Position numbers and translations under genes: made by a program
The notes under the pieces: model-generated
Databases searched by the model: none
Seen by the model: only the letters and a program-made list of their open reading frames with translations
What the model was told of the DNA's origin: nothing
NCBI GenBank assembly: GCA_003648815.1
Contig: QMPZ01000002.1
Coordinates: 1-39,751, forward strand
Direction of reading: 5' to 3'
Length of the DNA: 39,751 bases
From: Candidatus Aerophobota bacterium
Lineage (GTDB): Bacteria; Aerophobota; Aerophobia; Aerophobales; B47-G16
Part shown: one piece after another, positions 34,350-39,751 of the stretch
Layout: every line of letters begins with the position of its first letter
How positions within the stretch are numbered: the stretch's first letter is position 1

Positions 34350-35166
34350 TGAGATGAGAAAATACGTAAGGGAAAGGAAGAACAAAAAGCTCATCGGCTT
34401 TGTTCCCACCATGGGATATCTTCATGAGGGCCATCTTTCCCTGATAAGAAAAGCCAGAAGAGAATGCGATGAGGTGATAGTGAGCATCTTCGTCAATCCC
34501 ACCCAGTTTGGACGAGGAGAAGACTATCATAGCTATCCTCGGGATTTGAAGCGGGACATAGCCTTAAGCGAGAAGGAGAAGGTGGATGTGATCTTTGCTC
34601 CCTCAGTGGAGGAGATGTATCCTGAGGGTTACTCTACCTTTGTTCAGGTGGAGGGAAGGCTATCCTCCGTTCTGGAGGGAGCCTCACGTCCCGGACATTT
34701 TAGAGGTGTCTGCACCGTCCTGGTGAAACTATTCAACATAATCAATCCTGACATAAGTTTTTTCGGAGAGAAGGACTTTCAGCAGGCTCTAATCGTGAAG
34801 AAGATGGTAGAGGATTTGAACATAGATACCAGGATCGTCCTCCTTCCCACGGTAAGGGAGGAGGATGGTCTGGCGATGAGTTCCCGTAACTCCTACTTTA
34901 ATGAAGAGGAAAGAAAGGCAGCCATCATACTTTACAGGTCTCTTAAGAAGGCGAAGGAATGGATTGATCAAGGAGAAAGGAACTCTTCCCGAATTATTCA
35001 AAAGATGAAAGACTTTATAGCAAAAGAGCCCTTGGCCAGGATAGATTACATCGCCATCGTGGACTCCAAAAGCCTTGAGGAAGTTGAGCAAGTTGAAAGG
35101 GGAAATCTTATCGCCCTTGCTGTGTACATAGGAAAGGTGAGGCTCATCGATAACATGAGGGTATAA
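34327..35166 (+). CDS. panC: pantoate--beta-alanine ligase
   Basis: GFVPTMGYLHEGHLSLI (HIGH-like), VSIFVNPTQF, GEKDFQQ, SSRN. Confidence 0.95.
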   Translation: MRLIRKIDEMRKYVRERKNKKLIGFVPTMGYLHEGHLSLIRKARRECDEVIVSIFVNPTQFGRGEDYHSYPRDLKRDIALSEKEKVDVIFAPSVEEMYPEGYSTFVQVEGRLSSVLEGASRPGHFRGVCTVLVKLFNIINPDISFFGEKDFQQALIVKKMVEDLNIDTRIVLLPTVREEDGLAMSSRNSYFNEEERKAAIILYRSLKKAKEWIDQGERNSSRIIQKMKDFIAKEPLARIDYIAIVDSKSLEEVEQVERGNLIALAVYIGKVRLIDNMRV

Positions 35167-35172
35167 ATTAAC

Positions 35173-35205
35173 TTGAGGGGGACATGCTTCGCATTTCCCC
35201 CTCAA
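35173..35205 (+). repeat. inverted repeat TTGAGGGGG-(15 nt)-CCCCCTCAA (copy 2), 7 nt after the panC stop
   Basis: Arms at 35173-35181 and 35197-35205, read directly. Possible operon-end hairpin, with no U-tract. Confidence 0.75.
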
Positions 35206-35407
35206 CGGCCCGATCGGCTAAGCCGACCCTCGCTTCGCTCGGGCAAGTCGGGCCTGCTCCCCCTAAAATAGGCCAGGTCTGGGTACAAAAAGGTTCAAGG
35301 TTCGGTAGCCGCAACCTTCAGGTTGCGCTTATTTCCGCTTATCTTGAAGCATAGGAAAGTATAAACATTTGTTTAATAAAGGGGGGAGCAGCGAAGCGTT
35401 GAGGGGG
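35197..35407 (+). other. long-range interrupted helix / structured GC-rich element in the panC-lpxB spacer
   Basis: 35382-35407 (GGGGGAGCAGCGAAGCGTTGAGGGGG) is the reverse complement of three collinear blocks: 35197-35207, 35231-35238 and 35254-35263. The blocks are separated by 23-nt and 15-nt GC-rich inserts. The apical part carries a 7-bp hairpin at 35310-35327. Confidence 0.6.
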
Positions 35408-35437
35408 GAAGATTCCCCCCTCAAGTGTCGTTTTCTT
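35399..35437 (+). terminator. perfect 12-nt inverted repeat TTGAGGGGGGAA-GA-TTCCCCCCTCAA (copy 3) plus TTTTCTT; terminator/attenuator-like hairpin just upstream of lpxB
   Basis: Arms at 35399-35410 and 35413-35424. T-tract at 35431-35437 (6 nt after the stem, so not canonical). It ends 6 nt before the lpxB ATG at 35444 and overlaps the GAGGAG RBS region. Confidence 0.4.
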
Positions 35438-35443
35438 GAGGAG

Positions 35444-36607
35444 ATGCCCGTGTCGAAATTGAAGATTATGCTCTCAGCGACGGAGGTCTCGGGAGATCTT
35501 CACGCATCCAATTTGGTGAAGGCTATAAAGAGGATTCATCCCTCTGCTGACTTTGTTGGCATAGGTGGGGAGAGAATGCAAGAGGCAGGAGTGGACGTGA
35601 GAGCTTTCACCACTCATATGGGGACAATAGGGCTTTTGGAGGGAGTAAAGTTCTATCCCTCCTTTTTAAGGATAAAGTCGATGGCCGAAGAGATCTTAAG
35701 GAAAGAGCGTCCTGACTTGGTAGTCCTGATAGATAGTCGGGATTTTAACTTAAGGATTATCCGCTTGGCCAAAAAATTTAAGATCCCTACCGTCTATTAT
35801 GTCGCTCCCCCGGTGTGGGCCTGGCCGGATTGGGAGGCCAAAAACATTGCCAGAAGTGTCGACAGAGTCATCGCCATCTTTCCCTTTGAAGTTGAACTTT
35901 ACGAAAAGCTTGGGGCAAAGGTTACCTTTGTTGGACATCCGTTGCTCGATTTGGCCAAACCTGAGATGAAAAAGGAGCAGGCCTACCGGAAGTTCGACCT
36001 TAATCCTGTCAAACCCATAATTGGCCTTCTTCCGGGAAGTCGAGAGCAGGAGATAAACAGGCTTCTTCCGGTGATGCTAAAGGCCGCCCATATCTTAAAA
36101 GAAAACCTGAAGGAAGCTCAGTTCTTGCTTCCTGTGGCTGCCTCCGTTTTTCGGGATAAGATCGCCAGAATGCTCAAAAGAAGCACGGTTCCCATCAAGA
36201 TGACGGATAACAGTGTCTACGAGATAATGACCATCTCCAGCTTGCTCATCACCGCCTCCGGCACAGCTACCCTTGAGGCAGCCTGCTTGAATGCTCCAAT
36301 GATTATCCTCTATAAGACAAGCATTTCCACGTATCTTTTGGGAAAGATTCTGCTCAAGATTCCTTATGTAGGTCTTCCGAATATCCTGGCCCAAAGAAGA
36401 ATAGTTCCTGAACTACTGCAGTTTAAGGCGACGCCAAAGCGCGTGGCGGATTTAGCTTTAAAGATGCTTGCTGATTCCAGGAGGCTAAAACGGATGAGGG
36501 ATGAGCTCAAGGAGGTGGCGGGAAAACTTGGTAGACCCGGCGCTATAGATCGAGCAGCCAGAGCCGTCTTGGAGACGGCCGGACTTTATAAGAGGGGCAA
36601 ACGTTAA
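35444..36607 (+). CDS. lpxB: lipid-A-disaccharide synthase
   Basis: KIMLSATEVSGDLHASNLV, LLPGSREQEI, ASGTATLEAACLNAPMII (GT19). The ORF-track start at 35369 would translate the hairpin, so ATG 35444 (or GTG 35451) is preferred. Confidence 0.88.
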   Translation: MPVSKLKIMLSATEVSGDLHASNLVKAIKRIHPSADFVGIGGERMQEAGVDVRAFTTHMGTIGLLEGVKFYPSFLRIKSMAEEILRKERPDLVVLIDSRDFNLRIIRLAKKFKIPTVYYVAPPVWAWPDWEAKNIARSVDRVIAIFPFEVELYEKLGAKVTFVGHPLLDLAKPEMKKEQAYRKFDLNPVKPIIGLLPGSREQEINRLLPVMLKAAHILKENLKEAQFLLPVAASVFRDKIARMLKRSTVPIKMTDNSVYEIMTISSLLITASGTATLEAACLNAPMIILYKTSISTYLLGKILLKIPYVGLPNILAQRRIVPELLQFKATPKRVADLALKMLADSRRLKRMRDELKEVAGKLGRPGAIDRAARAVLETAGLYKRGKR

Positions 36608-36640
36608 GCGAGCCCTTTATTCCTCTGTAGGGCATTAAAG

Positions 36641-37870
36641 ATGTATATCTTTATAGTGACAAATAGTCCAGGAGAGCTGGCAGGCTGGGTAAGGCCTGTG
36701 GCAAGGAGCTTGAAGAGAAAAAAGCCCGAGGTAAAGGTCATCGTGGTGATAGCTCCCTGTCAATACGCCAGTGGAAGTGAAAAAAAATTTGCCAAGGATC
36801 TTCCAGAAGTAGATTATGTGATGGGAAGGCTCGAATACCTCAAGTTTGTCCTTTGGGGTCTTAAGCCACCTCTTCTTGACCTGGATGCTCCCCTTAAGGG
36901 AGTTGTTCTCTTCTTGGGAGGCGATCCGGTGCATAGTTTGCTTCTTTCCAAAAGATTAGGTCTTCCCGCCTTCTCCTACATGCATAGACCGAGATATAAA
37001 AAGTACTTTAAGAAATTTATGGTGGTAGATGAGAAGATGAGGAAAAAGTTTATAGAGGAGGGGGTAAGTTCGGATAAAGTTGTCGTGATTGGGGATCTGG
37101 TGGCGGACGCAGTAGAAGATATAATGCCCAAAGAGAAGATATATACTTCTTTACAGATTAACCCTGCTTCTTTATGCATTTCCCTTTTTCCTGGAAGTAG
37201 GCCGCAAATAGTTCGTTATATGAGCCCCTTCTTTTTGAGGGTAGCTGAGATAGTTAAAGAAGAGTTTGCCGAAGCTCGTTTTCTTTTGGTCTTATCACCC
37301 TTCATTTCGAGAAAGGAGCTGACAAGTTTAACTGAGGAAGAGTTAAATAAGGTCTTTCAGGTAAGGCAAGCCAAGCTAAAAAGGAAAGAAGGAAGGTGGG
37401 AGCTTATCACAGCCTCAGGGCTTGAAGTTTTAGTAGTTGAGGAAAATCGGTATGAGGCGATGAGCATATCCACTATAGCGATCACCATTCCAGGTACCAA
37501 TACCCATGAGCTTTCTCTTCTGGGAGTGCCGATGGTGGTAGCTGTTCCTTTAAATAAGCCTGAGGCAATCCCTTTTGATGGACTGGCAGGACTGATGGGG
37601 AATCTGCCGGTGGTGGGTAGCTCAATTAAAAGATGGATGGTGAAAAGATATAATAGCAAGGTCAAATTTACTGCTATTCCAAACAGATGGGCAGGAAAAA
37701 GCATTGTTCCTGAGGTAAGGGGAAAGCTTGAGCCAGAAGACGTAGCCGAGAAGGCAGTAAAGCTTTTAAGAGAGCCTGAACGCCTCCGCCAAATATCCCG
37801 TGAGCTTAAGGGATTATTCCCCCGAGCAGGCTCAGCTGATAGGTTAGCTGAGGCGATATTAAATAATTGA
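36641..37870 (+). CDS. LpxB-related (GT19-like) glycosyltransferase of unknown function
   Basis: Collinear motif similarity to LpxB: IFIVTNSPGELAG vs LSATEVSGDLHA, LFPGSRPQIV vs LLPGSREQEI, IPGTNTHELSLLGVPMVV vs ASGTATLEAACLNAPMII. Confidence 0.65.
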   Translation: MYIFIVTNSPGELAGWVRPVARSLKRKKPEVKVIVVIAPCQYASGSEKKFAKDLPEVDYVMGRLEYLKFVLWGLKPPLLDLDAPLKGVVLFLGGDPVHSLLLSKRLGLPAFSYMHRPRYKKYFKKFMVVDEKMRKKFIEEGVSSDKVVVIGDLVADAVEDIMPKEKIYTSLQINPASLCISLFPGSRPQIVRYMSPFFLRVAEIVKEEFAEARFLLVLSPFISRKELTSLTEEELNKVFQVRQAKLKRKEGRWELITASGLEVLVVEENRYEAMSISTIAITIPGTNTHELSLLGVPMVVAVPLNKPEAIPFDGLAGLMGNLPVVGSSIKRWMVKRYNSKVKFTAIPNRWAGKSIVPEVRGKLEPEDVAEKAVKLLREPERLRQISRELKGLFPRAGSADRLAEAILNN

Positions 37871-37885
37871 GAAAGAGGTTTTTAT

Positions 37886-39619
37886 ATGAACGTTCAACGT
37901 CGCCTGATGGGCTATCTTCGTCCATACAGGATGAGTTTAATCTTGGCTTTGGCTTGCACGGTATTTGTCTCCTTGACCTCTTTAGTGGTCCCCTGGCTTA
38001 CTGGTAAAGGCTTGATCGACAAGGTTATAATAAAGAAAAATGTGCACCTGTTAAACCTGGTAGCCTTAGGATTTATAGCATTGGTGATGGTAAAGGGGGC
38101 TTTCTCTTACCTTCAAACCTATCTGACATCCTTCATCGGCTACCGGATAGTTATGGATATGCGTGATCAAATATTTCAGCATCTACAAAGACTTTCCTTA
38201 AGCTTTTACAAAAGAAGGCGAGCCGGGGAGATCATGTCCCGTCTGATAAATGATACTGGTTTGCTTCAGAACATCTTCGTCGAGAATATGATGAGGCTTA
38301 CCCTAAACATCCTTACCGTGGTAGGGGTTTTGATATTTGTCTTTTATATAGACTGGCGTCTTGCCCTCTTTACCCTTCTCGTTCTTCCCTTCATCGGTTT
38401 TACCCTCAGAAGGTTTGGCTCAAGGATAAAGAAATTTAGCAACTTAGTTCAGATGAAGGTAGCCGACATCTCCTCCACCGTCCAGGAGGTATTAGGGGGG
38501 ATTGAGGTGATAAAATCCTTCGCCACTGAGGAGAAGGAAGTGGAAAGGTTTCAAATGCAGAATATACAGAACTTTCGCCTGAATATGAGGAGAACACGTG
38601 TATCTGCCGTCCTTCCCCCTTTAATGGAGATTTTAACCACCGTAGGGCTCACCGCAATTTTATGGTATGGGGGATTGGAGGTGATAAGGGGACAGCTGAC
38701 CATAGGAGAACTCGTGGCCTTTTTAGGATATGTGGCCTTGGCCATCAATCCCCTAAACCGGATAGGCAAGGATTATAGTCAGTATCAACAGGCCTTGGCT
38801 TCCGCGGAGAGGATATTTGAGATACTGGATACCGAGCCCGAGATAAGGGAATCCCCACAAGCAAGGGAGATGCCACGCATAAGGGGTCACATCCAGTTCA
38901 GGAATGTCTCTTTTGGTTACGATGATAAGGAGTTGGTGCTGAAGGATATCAACCTGGATTTAAGGCCCGGAGAAAAGGTGGCACTGGTAGGACGAAGTGG
39001 TGTAGGCAAGACAACTTTGGTTAGTCTCATTCCTCGCTTTTACGATCCTAAATCTGGATGCATCATCATAGATGGATACGATATAAGACAGATGAAGCTG
39101 AAGAGTTTAAGGAGACAGATAGGCATCGTCTCACAGGAGACAGTTCTTTTTAACGGGACCATAAGGGATAACATTGCCTACGGGAGGACGGAGGCAACTG
39201 ATGAGGAGATTATAGATGCGGCTAAGAAGGCCAATGCCCATAACTTCATCATGGCCCTGGAAAAAGGATATGATACCCCTGTGGGCGAGAGGGGGGTAAA
39301 TCTTTCTGGAGGACAAAAGCAACGTATCGCCATAGCCAGGGCTATCCTTCGAGATCCTCGCATACTCATCCTGGATGAAGCTACCTCTGCCGTGGATGCG
39401 GAATCCGAGATCTTAATCCAGGAGGCTCTGGAGAAGTTAATGAAGGATAGGACCACCATCATCATCGCCCATAGGCTATCCACCATTCTGGGAGCGGACA
39501 GAATAGTTGTCCTTAATGAGGGAAAAATAGAAGAGATTGGCACGCACGAGGAGCTTTTGTCCAGGAAAGGAACGTATGCAAAGCTGTATGAGGCTCAATT
39601 CAGTAGGATGAGGGAATAA
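37886..39619 (+). CDS. msbA: ABC transporter permease/ATP-binding protein, MsbA-like lipid exporter
   Basis: Six-TM exporter domain, Walker A GRSGVGKTT, signature LSGGQKQR, Walker B ILILDEATS, H-loop IIIAHRL. Lies next to lpxB. Confidence 0.8.
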   Translation: MNVQRRLMGYLRPYRMSLILALACTVFVSLTSLVVPWLTGKGLIDKVIIKKNVHLLNLVALGFIALVMVKGAFSYLQTYLTSFIGYRIVMDMRDQIFQHLQRLSLSFYKRRRAGEIMSRLINDTGLLQNIFVENMMRLTLNILTVVGVLIFVFYIDWRLALFTLLVLPFIGFTLRRFGSRIKKFSNLVQMKVADISSTVQEVLGGIEVIKSFATEEKEVERFQMQNIQNFRLNMRRTRVSAVLPPLMEILTTVGLTAILWYGGLEVIRGQLTIGELVAFLGYVALAINPLNRIGKDYSQYQQALASAERIFEILDTEPEIRESPQAREMPRIRGHIQFRNVSFGYDDKELVLKDINLDLRPGEKVALVGRSGVGKTTLVSLIPRFYDPKSGCIIIDGYDIRQMKLKSLRRQIGIVSQETVLFNGTIRDNIAYGRTEATDEEIIDAAKKANAHNFIMALEKGYDTPVGERGVNLSGGQKQRIAIARAILRDPRILILDEATSAVDAESEILIQEALEKLMKDRTTIIIAHRLSTILGADRIVVLNEGKIEEIGTHEELLSRKGTYAKLYEAQFSRMRE

Positions 39620-39622
39620 GGG

Positions 39623-39751
39623 ATGATAGAGGTAAGTGTAGTTATCCCCACCTACAATCGTAAGAAACTCCTGCAAAGGGTGTTAAAGTTTTTATTTGAA
39701 CAGAACTATCCCAAGGATAGATATGAGATAGTCGTGGTCGATGATGGGTCA
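39623..39751 (+). CDS. family 2 glycosyltransferase, N-terminal fragment (3' end outside window)
   Basis: ATG 39623 gives MIEVSVVIPTYNRKKLLQRVLKFLFEQNYPKDRYEIVVVDDGS, the classic GT2 start with DDGS. Open to the window end and not in the ORF track. Confidence 0.8.
   Translation, partial: MIEVSVVIPTYNRKKLLQRVLKFLFEQNYPKDRYEIVVVDDGS

Noticed and set aside
35369-35443. ORF-track N-terminal extension of lpxB (MFNKGGSSEALRGEDSPLKCRFLEE)
   Set aside because: It would translate through the 12-nt perfect inverted repeat and repeat-family sequence. The conserved LpxB N-terminus begins near 35444.
35167-35443. Possibility that the structured spacer is SRP RNA, RNase P RNA, tmRNA, a tRNA or a known riboswitch
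   Set aside because: I could not find the conserved cores on either strand. These include the SRP domain IV GGAA/AGCA motif, RNase P GAGGAAAGUCC, a tRNA cloverleaf with T-loop GTTCRANYC, and the tmRNA termini. The region remains unclassified rather than assigned.

Overview
This 39.8-kb window is a densely coding bacterial chromosome segment. I annotate 38 genes, 36 of them on the + strand. lpxB and msbA indicate a diderm organism, and the Glu/Lys/Arg/Ile-rich proteins hint at a thermophilic or uncultured lineage, which is inference only. Gene order is as follows. (1) The 3' part of a MATE transporter. (2) A roughly 10-kb accessory-looking carbohydrate/glycoside cluster from 0.9 to 11.2 kb. 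It holds an RNase J-like MBL hydrolase, two MDR dehydrogenases, two xylose-isomerase-like TIM barrels, two Eis-like GNAT acetyltransferases, a ThuA + Gfo/Idh/MocA pair and a DUF218 protein. (3) tsaD and lpdA on the - strand. (4) recJ-apt-coaBC. (5) A four-gene cassette with its own near-consensus promoter (17.3-22.4 kb). It contains two ORFans, a CbbQ/NorQ-type AAA+ ATPase with an unexplained 205-aa N-terminal extension, and a NorD/CbbO-type VWA protein with an HExxH region and a long K/E/R linker. It sits 21 nt upstream of hflK-hflC-tmk-holB. (6) A complete shikimate operon, aroE-aroC-aroK-aroB-aroQ-pheA-aroF-aroA. (7) A TPR-like protein and panC. (8) A GC-rich, repeat-rich, highly structured 277-nt spacer. 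(9) lpxB, an lpxB paralog, msbA and the start of a GT2 glycosyltransferase. I saw no rRNA, tRNA, CRISPR array, transposase or integrase. The best candidate for an undescribed system is the AAA+/VWA cassette, whose first gene is a free-standing paralog of the ATPase N-domain. All functional calls rest on motifs read by eye, and no database search was run.
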